A stretch of DNA of 64,000 bases from Acutalibacteraceae bacterium (GTDB lineage: Bacteria; Bacillota; Clostridia; Oscillospirales; Acutalibacteraceae): assembly GCA_045589015.1 (NCBI GenBank), contig JAZNFG010000053.1, forward strand, positions 5,118 to 69,117, read 5' to 3'. Positions 54,422-62,812 of this stretch are shown here, one piece after another (positions within the stretch are counted from its first letter, which is position 1; every line of letters starts with the position of its first letter). A program made the position numbers and the translations under genes. Under the pieces are notes generated by a model. That model was not told the DNA's origin and ran no database searches. It saw only the letters and a list, made by a program, of their open reading frames with translations.

Positions 54422-55251
54422 TCAAGTAGATCCAAGCTGTTAACGTCATCTGGAATATCGGGGAAGAATGCCGTTTTAAGACAGCCCGTAGGACATTCCT
54501 TTACACAAGCTTCACAATGAACACATTTTTCATAATCAATAACCGCAAGATTATCAATTACCTTAATTGCACCGTGCGGACAGGTTCTTTCACACTTTTT
54601 GCAACCGATACAAGCATTCTTGCAGGCCTTTTTTGCATCGACACCCTTCTGCTTGTTACTACACATAACAACAGTAGCCGTTTCCTGCGGAATCATATTG
54701 ATTATCTTCTTGGGACAGGTATTTGCACAAAGTCCGCAGCCGAGACAACGAGCGGTATTTATATGAGCAATACCGTCTTTGATGCAAATGGCCTTTGCGG
54801 GACAAGCTGCGGCGCAGTCTCCGAGACCGAGGCAACCGAAACGGCAGGAATTTGTGCCGCCGTATAGCATTGAAGCGGCATAACAGGTTTTTATGCCCTC
54901 ATATTCGGATGTGTTAAAGGTTGCATCGCAATTACCGTTACAGGCAACGAAAGCAACAACGTCCTTGAAGGGCTCTGCCTCCACTCCGAGAATACCGCCG
55001 ATTTCATCAGCTACACTCTGCGCACCCGGTATACAGAGATTAGGAGCAACACCGCCCTCTGCAAGTGCGGCGGCATAGTCATCACATCCCTTATATCCAC
55101 AGGCACCGCAGTTAATGCCGGGAAGGCAGGCACGAATCTCACCCTTTAAGGGATTTTCGGGGACTGAGAAAAAATGAGAGAATACCGTAATGAGAATACC
55201 TGCAACAAGGGCAACAGCCAACATTACGAGAAATGCAATTAAAATATCCAT
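54418..55251 (-). CDS. rnfB: Rnf complex subunit B (polyferredoxin)
   Basis: N-terminal TM helix, LPGINCGACGYKGCDDYAAALAEG, and several CxxCxxCxxxCP ferredoxin motifs. Confidence 0.85.
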   Translation of the reverse strand: MDILIAFLVMLAVALVAGILITVFSHFFSVPENPLKGEIRACLPGINCGACGYKGCDDYAAALAEGGVAPNLCIPGAQSVADEIGGILGVEAEPFKDVVAFVACNGNCDATFNTSEYEGIKTCYAASMLYGGTNSCRFGCLGLGDCAAACPAKAICIKDGIAHINTARCLGCGLCANTCPKKIINMIPQETATVVMCSNKQKGVDAKKACKNACIGCKKCERTCPHGAIKVIDNLAVIDYEKCVHCEACVKECPTGCLKTAFFPDIPDDVNSLDLLE

Positions 55252-55266
55252 AATGCTCCCCCCTTA

Positions 55267-55866
55267 TTATGCAAAAATACTTTCAACAATGCCGCCGAAG
55301 CCCATAAATGCAAGGGAAATAAACGAAGCGGCAATGAGGGTAACGGCAAGACCGCGGAAGGGAGCGGGCACCTTGGAATCATCAATTTTTGAACGGATAC
55401 CCGAGAAAAGAACCATAGCAAGAAGGAAGCCGAGACCGCATCCGAGAGAGCTTACCATAGCTTCTAAAAAGCTGTAACCGTCAATTATGTTGTTAATCGT
55501 AACACCGAGAACGGCACAGTTTGTTGTTATAAGAGGAAGATAAACACCGAGTCCCTTATAAAGGGCAGGGGAAAACTTCTTGAGGATAAGCTCAAGAATC
55601 TGAACAAGAGTTGCAATAATGAGAATAAATGCAATATTCTGAAGATATCCGAGACCGAGCGTATCAAGCACAAATTTCTGAATTGGCCAGGTTGCAGCAG
55701 TTGCAAGAAGCATAACGAAGGTTACGGCAACGCCCATACCTACAGCCTGATCAAATTTTTTGGAAACACCGAGAAAAGGACAAATACCTAAAAATCTGCT
55801 GAGAACGTAGTTATCAACCAATACGGATGAAAGAAGTATTATTATTAAAATCTTGAAGCTTTCCAT
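55267..55866 (-). CDS. rnfA: Rnf complex subunit A
   Basis: The VDNYVLSRFLGICPFLGVS signature. The ATG at 55866 overlaps the rnfE TGA by 1 nt. The track start at 55908 would overlap the rnfE coding sequence. Confidence 0.85.
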   Translation of the reverse strand: MESFKILIIILLSSVLVDNYVLSRFLGICPFLGVSKKFDQAVGMGVAVTFVMLLATAATWPIQKFVLDTLGLGYLQNIAFILIIATLVQILELILKKFSPALYKGLGVYLPLITTNCAVLGVTINNIIDGYSFLEAMVSSLGCGLGFLLAMVLFSGIRSKIDDSKVPAPFRGLAVTLIAASFISLAFMGFGGIVESIFA

Positions 55867-56555
55867 CAGTTTTCTTCTCCCTTCTCTGAACAATTTCCGC
55901 CCTGACAATTAACCGCATTGGGACAGCCTTCACAGGAAAACGATTTTTTAAGAGGTGCCCTTCCGTGGGTAACGGCATAAATCAGAGCAATAAGAAGTCC
56001 GTAAACAAGAAGTCCGCCGGGAGCCTTCGTGAAGAATTCGATTTTATAATTCTGCAGGAAAGGAATCTCGATTCCGAAGAAAGAGCCTGCACCGAATACC
56101 TCACGAATCGTTGACATCATAGTAAGGGCAAGAGTAAAACCAAGTCCCATACCTATACCGTCCATAGCAGAAGCAACAACGGGATTCTTGTTAGCAAACA
56201 TTTCGGCACGTCCGAGGATTATACAGTTAACCGTTATAAGGTCAAGATAAACACCGAGCGTTTCATACAGCTCCGGCAGATATGCCTGAACTATCATTTT
56301 AACTATTGTTACAAAGCCTGCGATAATAACGATATAACAGGGAATACGCATTGACTCGGGAATTTTCTTTCTGAGAAGAGAAATAAATACGTTTGAGCAG
56401 ATAAGAACAGCCATAGCGGCAAGTCCCATACCGACAGCACCCTTAACGGTGGTAGTGGTTGCAAGAGTGGGACAGGTGCCGAGAATGAGCACCAGAGTAG
56501 GATTTTCCTTCAATATACCGTTAATAAGTATAGACATTGAGGATTTTTCTTTCAT
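55866..56555 (-). CDS. rnfE: Rnf complex subunit E, with a Cys-rich C-terminal tail
   Basis: NPTLVLILGTCPTLATT signature. An unusual terminal SFSCEGCPNAVNCQGGNCSEKGEEN. Confidence 0.85.
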   Translation of the reverse strand: MKEKSSMSILINGILKENPTLVLILGTCPTLATTTTVKGAVGMGLAAMAVLICSNVFISLLRKKIPESMRIPCYIVIIAGFVTIVKMIVQAYLPELYETLGVYLDLITVNCIILGRAEMFANKNPVVASAMDGIGMGLGFTLALTMMSTIREVFGAGSFFGIEIPFLQNYKIEFFTKAPGGLLVYGLLIALIYAVTHGRAPLKKSFSCEGCPNAVNCQGGNCSEKGEEN

Positions 56556-57733
56556 TATCGGGCACCTCCGTTCATTGTTCTTATTGCATTAAATGCACGT
56601 TCTATAGCCTGTGTATAACCGTTTGTCGTTAAGGTTGCACCACTGATAGCATCGATTTCCTTATAGTTTTCTTCTGTCTTGCCTACGAACTGACCGTAGA
56701 AGCCTTCATCGGCGCAAGCATCGCCGAGTCCGTCCGTTTCCGCCTGGGAAACTGTAATACAGTCAATAATTCTGAAGTCGGGAGTAACTGAAACGCGGAC
56801 AATAATATACTCGTTGGAGGCGGGATGATATTCGTCGCCGCCCTTGATGCCGTAGCCTGCACCCTTCGTTTCAAGAACAAAGTTACCCGAGGCTGTCTTC
56901 TTTGCTGAAACAACCGTCTTTTCAAGCTCAGCATAAGCAGAAATATCAATATCCTCAAGCTCGCTTCCCTTGATTGCCGTGACCGCGTCAGCGTAAAAGG
57001 CTTCATCAGCTACACCGTCGGTCATAACCGTACCGTCCGCATTCACGCCTGTAAAATCTTCACCGGCAACAAAAACGTAGCCTGAATTATTTGTTGCTTT
57101 ATATACGGCATCAACACCCTCAACAAGCTCAACCATAAAGAGCTTCTCAAAAGACTTCTCACCTGCGGGGAAAGCCGCATCAAGATTATCGGCAAGAATT
57201 TCCTCCTCAGTACGGATATCTACCGAGCCGCCTGCGAGGATAACAGCCGTATTAAGAGCATCCTTAACGGCATTCTTATATGCCTGAGTGGTTTTTGTTG
57301 CACCGGAAATAATATCAACCGCATCAACACCTGCCGCATCCTTACCGGTAAAGCTCTCACCGTAAGCTTTTTCTTTACCTAACGTTTCGTTTGATGAAAG
57401 GCAGACGGCACCTGTTACGGCTCCGTCGGAGCTTACACCGCACATTATAACGAAATCTGTGCCGTAGCCTGCAGTAGTAAGCTTTATAACGTAACCGAGA
57501 CCGGTAGTTTCCCTGTGTACCTCTGTTACCGTTGAAGGAAGAGTAAGCCCGGTAATATCTGCAGTTTCAAAGCCTTTACCGTCGGGCATTACCTTAAGAA
57601 GCGCGGCATTTGCGGCAGCATTCTGATTTTCGGCAATAACGGGCGCGGTAATATAGTTCGTTGCCGCAAGCAGAACCGTTATAACCGAGCAGATGCATAT
57701 AAAGACAAAAAGATTCTTAACGTATGTTTTCAT
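56555..57733 (-). CDS. rnfG: Rnf complex subunit G, double length with two FMN_bind domains
   Basis: N-terminal TM segment. Two flavinylation motifs are present: DIISGATKTT and DAISGATLTT. AGGAGGGG RBS before the ATG at 57733. Confidence 0.8.
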   Translation of the reverse strand: MKTYVKNLFVFICICSVITVLLAATNYITAPVIAENQNAAANAALLKVMPDGKGFETADITGLTLPSTVTEVHRETTGLGYVIKLTTAGYGTDFVIMCGVSSDGAVTGAVCLSSNETLGKEKAYGESFTGKDAAGVDAVDIISGATKTTQAYKNAVKDALNTAVILAGGSVDIRTEEEILADNLDAAFPAGEKSFEKLFMVELVEGVDAVYKATNNSGYVFVAGEDFTGVNADGTVMTDGVADEAFYADAVTAIKGSELEDIDISAYAELEKTVVSAKKTASGNFVLETKGAGYGIKGGDEYHPASNEYIIVRVSVTPDFRIIDCITVSQAETDGLGDACADEGFYGQFVGKTEENYKEIDAISGATLTTNGYTQAIERAFNAIRTMNGGAR

Positions 57734-58650
57734 CACTTATCCCCTCCTGTTGCAAATACCTTTCTCCGTGTCCACTTGCAAATGTAGGGATTAAGAATAT
57801 TCATAAACAGAATTGCAAAGGAAACGCCTTCGGGATATGTTCCGAAATATCTGATAAGACAGGTAAGAAGACCGGCACCGAGACCGAAAATAACCTTACC
57901 CGCAGAAGTATAGGGAGATGTCGTATAATCGGTAGCCATAAAGATTGCACCGATAAATACACCGCCTGACATAAGAAGCGAAAGAGCACTTACTGCATCA
58001 AAGCCTTCCATAAATAACGAGAAAAGGAAAACGGTAGCTATGAATACAACGGGGATATGCCAGGAAATAACACGTCTTATGAGAAGATAGATACCGCCGA
58101 GAAGAAGTGCCGCTACACAGGTTTCTCCGATAGCACCGCCGTGTCTTCCGAGGAATAAATCAAGAAGCTCGGGCATTTCCTCTGCTGAAAGAGGAGTCGC
58201 AGAAGAAACTGAATCCACGGGGAATGAGGGAACTGCCATTGAGCCGAAGGCAACAAGCATAAATACTCGTGCAGTAATTGCGGGGTTTACGAGATTTGCA
58301 CCGATTCCGCCGAAAAGACATTTTACTACAACAATTGCAAACAATGAGCCGACGGCACACTGCCACAACGGAATATCAACGGGAAGATTAAGAGCAAGAA
58401 GAAGTCCGGTTACTGCGGCAGACAAATCTCCGACCGTCTGCTCCTTCTTTATCATAAGATTAAAAACAGCTTCAAAGCCAACCGAACAGATTACGCATAC
58501 TGCAATCACAAGCAGAGCGCGCCAGCCGAAAACAGCCGTTCCTGCAATAATTGCGGGCACTAATGCAATAAGAACATCAGCCATAATGCCGGTTGTGGAT
58601 TTTCCGCTGTGAATATGAGGAGAAATCATTAATTTTGTGAGAGAATTCAT
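57733..58650 (-). CDS. rnfD: Rnf complex subunit D
   Basis: MISPHIHSGKST, the flavinylation-site-like VSSATPLS, and polytopic membrane topology. Confidence 0.85.
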   Translation of the reverse strand: MNSLTKLMISPHIHSGKSTTGIMADVLIALVPAIIAGTAVFGWRALLVIAVCVICSVGFEAVFNLMIKKEQTVGDLSAAVTGLLLALNLPVDIPLWQCAVGSLFAIVVVKCLFGGIGANLVNPAITARVFMLVAFGSMAVPSFPVDSVSSATPLSAEEMPELLDLFLGRHGGAIGETCVAALLLGGIYLLIRRVISWHIPVVFIATVFLFSLFMEGFDAVSALSLLMSGGVFIGAIFMATDYTTSPYTSAGKVIFGLGAGLLTCLIRYFGTYPEGVSFAILFMNILNPYICKWTRRKVFATGGDK

Positions 58651-59966
58651 TATTTCTTTTCCTCCTTTACTGCTTTATCCGCCAATAATTTTTTTGAAAG
58701 CTTGTTAATCTGAACAAGAGGGCGGTTTGCCGGGCATACGAAGCTGCAGCAGCCGCACTCCATACACGACTGAACGGAAAGTGCTTTAAGCTCATCCGTA
58801 TCCTCCTTGGAATAAGCCTCGGCAATATTTACGGGCGCAAGATTGAAGGGACAGGTATTTACACAGGCACCGCAACGTATACAAGCCGTGGTTTTAGGAA
58901 GCTTTGCTTCCTTTTCAGACAAAGCGAGAACGGCATTTGTGTTCTTCAGCACGGGAGAAGACGCATCCGGAACGGTAATACCCATCATAGGACCGCCGTA
59001 AATGATTTTTGCAGGGTCCTCTTTAAGTCCGCCGCAAAAGTCAAACAGATCCTTAATTGCAGTACCGATAGGTGCGATTACATTCCGGGGATTATTAACG
59101 GCGGCACCGTCAACGCTGACAAGCTTTTCAACAAGAGGTATACCCGTTTTGAGATATGCGCCAAGCTGTGCTACCGTTGTGCTGTTGAGCACAATACAGC
59201 CAACGTCAATGGGTAGCTTATTAACAGCAATCCTTCTGCCCGTTGTATGGTAAACCATAACCTTTTCTCCGCCCTGCGGATATTTATCGGGAAGAATATT
59301 GACCTTTACGTCAAAGGCACTTATTGAAGCGGCAAGCGTCTGCATTGCACAAGCAACGTCCTTGTTGCTCTTTTCAACACCGATAATAACCTTTTTTACA
59401 CCGAGAAATTCGTTAAGCGCATTAAGAGCGGTTTTCATATCCTCGCCGCGAGTCAGCATATTAACCGAGTCGCTTGTAACGTAAGGCTCACATTCAGCAC
59501 CGTTTACGATAAGATATTCTATCTTTTCAACGGGAACGTCTAATTTTACGTGCGTCGGGAAGCCGGCACCGCCCAGACCTACGATACCGCTTTTTCTTAC
59601 GGCATCTAAAAAATCGGCTCTGCCGTTTATAACAGGAGCGCAAACGGACTCATCAACCGCATTTTCTCCGTCCGACTCAATTACAACGGCTGTAGTTGTT
59701 CTGCCGTTGCTCAAAAGGAACTCGGAAAGCTTTACGACCTTTCCCGATATGCTCGAATAGATATCAGATGAAATTCTGCCGTCTGCTTCACCTATCTTGG
59801 TACCGATTTTAACCATATCCCCTGCTTTTACGACGGGAACTGCGGGTTTGCCGATATGCATCGACATAGGAATTGTTACCGTCCTGACGTTATCAATACG
59901 TGAAACGGGGCAGTTTTTTGTGCCTTTTCTGTGTGGAGTATGTATACCTGAAAGATAAGAACCCAT
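58650..59966 (-). CDS. rnfC: Rnf complex subunit C
   Basis: GLGGAGFPTHVK (NADH/FMN site) and two 4Fe-4S motifs, CIRCGACVNTCP and CMECGCCSFVCP. Confidence 0.85.
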   Translation of the reverse strand: MGSYLSGIHTPHRKGTKNCPVSRIDNVRTVTIPMSMHIGKPAVPVVKAGDMVKIGTKIGEADGRISSDIYSSISGKVVKLSEFLLSNGRTTTAVVIESDGENAVDESVCAPVINGRADFLDAVRKSGIVGLGGAGFPTHVKLDVPVEKIEYLIVNGAECEPYVTSDSVNMLTRGEDMKTALNALNEFLGVKKVIIGVEKSNKDVACAMQTLAASISAFDVKVNILPDKYPQGGEKVMVYHTTGRRIAVNKLPIDVGCIVLNSTTVAQLGAYLKTGIPLVEKLVSVDGAAVNNPRNVIAPIGTAIKDLFDFCGGLKEDPAKIIYGGPMMGITVPDASSPVLKNTNAVLALSEKEAKLPKTTACIRCGACVNTCPFNLAPVNIAEAYSKEDTDELKALSVQSCMECGCCSFVCPANRPLVQINKLSKKLLADKAVKEEKK

Positions 59967-60038
59967 AACAAAAAACCTTTCTGTGATATTTGTTTATTTG
60001 CCGTGCAGTAATTCTGACTGCATAATTATACATTATAA

Positions 60039-60067
60039 TAATATGTCATAATGATGTGAATTGTCAA
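60039..60067 (-). promoter_or_regulatory. Candidate promoter of the rnf operon
   Basis: On the minus strand: TTGACA (60067-60062), 17 nt, then ATATTA (60044-60039). Confidence 0.4.
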
Positions 60068-60256
60068 GCACAAACATACCGCTGTCCCTTTCAAAAAATT
60101 TCCGTCGTGCTGTTCGGAAACACAAAATGCCTCTGAAGCTATTCATCAGACAATTTTTAGTGCTGCACATATTGAAATCAGCCACGTTATATGTTATTAT
60201 TTAATAAATTGATAAATTCAATTTTCAACCTGTAAAATTTAACGGAGGTAAAGCTT

Positions 60257-61144
60257 ATGTGGGACAAAATCGTAGCATTTTTTATGTCATTGATCATCGG
60301 AATCCTGTCCTTTTTCGGACTCAGCCATTTAGTTGACGGAGGTATCACAAAAATGGAAAACATTTCTTACGGAACACACGAAAGACAAGTTCTTGATCTC
60401 TATCTCCCCGAAGAATTGTCGGACGTAACAGGACTTGTTCTTTGTATTCACGGCGGTGCCTGGATAGGCGGAGACAAGAGTGCATATACCGAAAATGCAA
60501 AGGAGCTGTGCAAGAATCAGAATATTGCCGCAGCAACAATCAACTACCGCTATTTGTCGGAAACAGTTACAATGGCTGACATTATTGATGATATTGATGC
60601 GGCAGTTGCAAAAATCAAGGAAATCGGCAGAGAAAAGGGCACCGATATACAAAAGATGCTTCTTACGGGACATTCTGCAGGCGGTCACCTTTCAATGCTT
60701 TATGCGTACTCAAGGGCTGACACGGCAGCAATCACCCCTGCCGCAGTAGCAAATTTAAGCGGTCCTACGGATATGTATGACAGCAATTATTTTGTAAACA
60801 ACGACCTTGGCACGGACAATGTTCTTATGCTTGTCTCTTATGCAACCGGCAAGCAGATTACGCTTGACAATTTTGCGGCAAGCAAAGAAGAAATTGATAA
60901 GGTTGCACCTCTTTATTACGTCAATGCCGACACCGTGCCCACAATTATATGCCACGGTATGAAGGATACTATCGTTCCTTATTCAAATGCAGTATCTCTT
61001 GATGCAAGGCTTACCGAATTCGGAGTGACTCACGAATTTATTTCTTATCCGAATTCAGGCCACGGTCTTGAAAATGATGCAGAGCAAAGCAAACAGGCTG
61101 AAGAGCTTATGTTTGATTATCTGAACAGATACGTTCTCTCTTAA
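60257..61144 (+). CDS. Alpha/beta-hydrolase esterase (HGGxW / GxSxG type), N-terminal membrane anchor
   Basis: LCIHGGAWIGGD oxyanion motif, the GHSAGGH nucleophile elbow, and HGMKDTIVP...GHG for the acid/His region. GGAGG RBS. Confidence 0.7.
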   Translation: MWDKIVAFFMSLIIGILSFFGLSHLVDGGITKMENISYGTHERQVLDLYLPEELSDVTGLVLCIHGGAWIGGDKSAYTENAKELCKNQNIAAATINYRYLSETVTMADIIDDIDAAVAKIKEIGREKGTDIQKMLLTGHSAGGHLSMLYAYSRADTAAITPAAVANLSGPTDMYDSNYFVNNDLGTDNVLMLVSYATGKQITLDNFAASKEEIDKVAPLYYVNADTVPTIICHGMKDTIVPYSNAVSLDARLTEFGVTHEFISYPNSGHGLENDAEQSKQAEELMFDYLNRYVLS

Positions 61145-61308
61145 TATTAAGAAAAGGGAATAAAAAAAGCAAAGATCGCATAAAACCATACACAGCTAGA
61201 GGGCTCGGCAAGAAAAATACTTGCCGAGCCCTCATAAAACACACAAAAGTGAAAAAAGTATTTATTTTTTACTTTATAGGAAATTCCTTCCTGTAAAGTA
61301 AAAGCTTT

Positions 61309-61361
61309 CCTCCTTGTTCGGCTCAGAAATCATCGGAAGGAACAAGGAGGAGGTTTTTTTT
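61309..61361 (+). terminator. Strong hairpin plus T8 tract; terminator for the esterase transcript that also overlaps the ARH stop codon
   Basis: CCTCCTTGTTC...GAACAAGGAGG followed by AGGTTTTTTTT. A second U-tract-less hairpin (GAGGGCTCGGCAAG/CTTGCCGAGCCCTC) lies at 61199-61233. Confidence 0.6.
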
Positions 61362-62154
61362 ATTTATACATAACCTTTCTTTCAAATTCTTCTGCTATAT
61401 CCAAAAGATATTCATCAAGATATGAAAGTGCCGTATTCTTAATATCCTCGGGAATACCGTAATAAGCCTCAGCAAGAGAGCCTGCAATTGCCGCGATTGT
61501 GTCGCTGTCACCGCCGATTGATACGGCATTTCTTACGGCATCCTCAAAGCCCGTTGACTCAAAAAAGGCTTCAAATGCCTGCGGAACGGATTTCTGACAG
61601 ATTGCATAAAAACGATAGCTCTCACGGATTTCATCAAGAGTAAAGCTTATATCGTAAAACTTTTTTACATAGCTCTTTATTTCCTGCATAGAGTGCTTCG
61701 TACGGGCAAGATAAATTGCACCGGCCACCGCTACCGCTCCCTTGATCCCTTCGGGATGATTATGTGTAATCTCCGCGGTTGCTTTTGCTATTGTCTCACA
61801 GCCTTCAAGAGAATCCGCATACCACCCGACGGGAGAAATTCTCATAGCAGAGCCGTTCCCGAAGCTGTTATAGGGCTCGCTGAGATCTCTCATCATCCAT
61901 TCAAAAAAATATCCGCCGTAACCGCAGTAGGGATATCTCTTTCCCACCTTATGCATAACCGCAATCAGCTCTCTCTTGAAACGCTCAATATCAGTTATTG
62001 TCTTATTATCGCTCAGAGCCTTAGCTACGGCTAAGGTCATAACTGTATCATCCGTAAAATCACAATCATTACTGAACAAAACAAAGTCCTTTGCCTTATA
62101 ATTGTCAAACTCAAATCTCGAACCGATAATATCTCCGCTGACAGCACCAAACAT
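61360..62154 (-). CDS. ADP-ribosylglycohydrolase-family protein
   Basis: GDIIGSRFEF, FTDDTVMTLAV, GSAMRISPVGW and GGDSDTIAAIAGSLAEAYYG are the ARH/DraG metal-binding blocks. AGGAGGA RBS. Confidence 0.8.
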   Translation of the reverse strand: MFGAVSGDIIGSRFEFDNYKAKDFVLFSNDCDFTDDTVMTLAVAKALSDNKTITDIERFKRELIAVMHKVGKRYPYCGYGGYFFEWMMRDLSEPYNSFGNGSAMRISPVGWYADSLEGCETIAKATAEITHNHPEGIKGAVAVAGAIYLARTKHSMQEIKSYVKKFYDISFTLDEIRESYRFYAICQKSVPQAFEAFFESTGFEDAVRNAVSIGGDSDTIAAIAGSLAEAYYGIPEDIKNTALSYLDEYLLDIAEEFERKVMYK

Positions 62155-62293
62155 ACTATCATCCTCCTAAAAAAATTGTCAGGTGTTAGGGTGACGGTAA
62201 CAGTATACCACAGCCTTGTTTTGCTGCGGTCACTTTGTGATTGACCTTTATATTATCATATTTTTCAGATAAAAACAACACGTCTGAGGTATA

Positions 62294-62322
62294 TTGACAT
62301 AGGATTAAAACCGACTTATAAT
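62294..62322 (+). promoter_or_regulatory. Consensus sigma-A promoter of the marR-ABC operon
   Basis: TTGACA (62294-62299), a 17-nt spacer, then TATAAT (62317-62322). It is followed by a repeated AGTTGCA and the inverted repeat GTTGCacgcGCAAC (62339-62352). Confidence 0.7.
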
Positions 62323-62371
62323 AGTTGCAGATGAAACAGTTGCACGCGCAACCATAAAAAAGAGGTATAGT

Positions 62372-62812
62372 ATGGCAAAATTTATGAAAATGCTGAATAA
62401 CATCAGCCGCTCGCAAGCGGTCTACAGAAACGGCAGAATACACAGCGAGGACCTGCAAAGCGGTCACTACGCATATATTCTGTCTGTATGCCGCAAGCAG
62501 GGCTGTTCTCAGGAGGATATTGCAAAAGAGCTTTGCGTCAACAAAAGCACAGCGGCAAGGAACATTAATTATCTTGAGGAAAAGGGCTACGTTATCAGAA
62601 AGCCCTTCCCCAATGATAAGCGTCAGTTCTCTCTTTATCCCACTGACAAAACATTGTCCGTTCTTCCCGAAATAAAAAATGCCTCAGAAGAATGGATGGC
62701 ACTTCTATCTGAAAGCATTTCCGAAAATGAGCTTGAAATTTTCAATTCTGTTCTGGAACGTATGCAGGAAAAGGCAAGAGAAATGATTGAAAAAAGCGAG
62801 GGTACAAAATGA
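62372..62812 (+). CDS. MarR-family transcriptional regulator
   Basis: 146 aa. The winged-HTH region QEDIAKELCVNKSTAARNINYLEEKGYVIRKPFPNDKRQFSLYPT is the MarR pattern. AGAGG RBS. Confidence 0.8.
   Translation: MAKFMKMLNNISRSQAVYRNGRIHSEDLQSGHYAYILSVCRKQGCSQEDIAKELCVNKSTAARNINYLEEKGYVIRKPFPNDKRQFSLYPTDKTLSVLPEIKNASEEWMALLSESISENELEIFNSVLERMQEKAREMIEKSEGTK

Noticed and set aside
55867-55908. A longer RnfA start (MSGRKLFREGRRKL...) from the track
   Set aside because: It would overlap the rnfE coding region by 43 nt. The ATG at 55866 gives the canonical RnfA N-terminus (MESFKILIIILLSSVLVDNYVLSRFLGICPFLG) and a TGATG coupling junction like the other rnf junctions.
61145-61308. A small protein-coding gene or sRNA in the esterase-ARH spacer
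   Set aside because: No ORF with an RBS is present. The hairpins are more simply explained as terminators or stabilisers for the flanking convergent genes. It is flagged only as something to check with RNA-seq.
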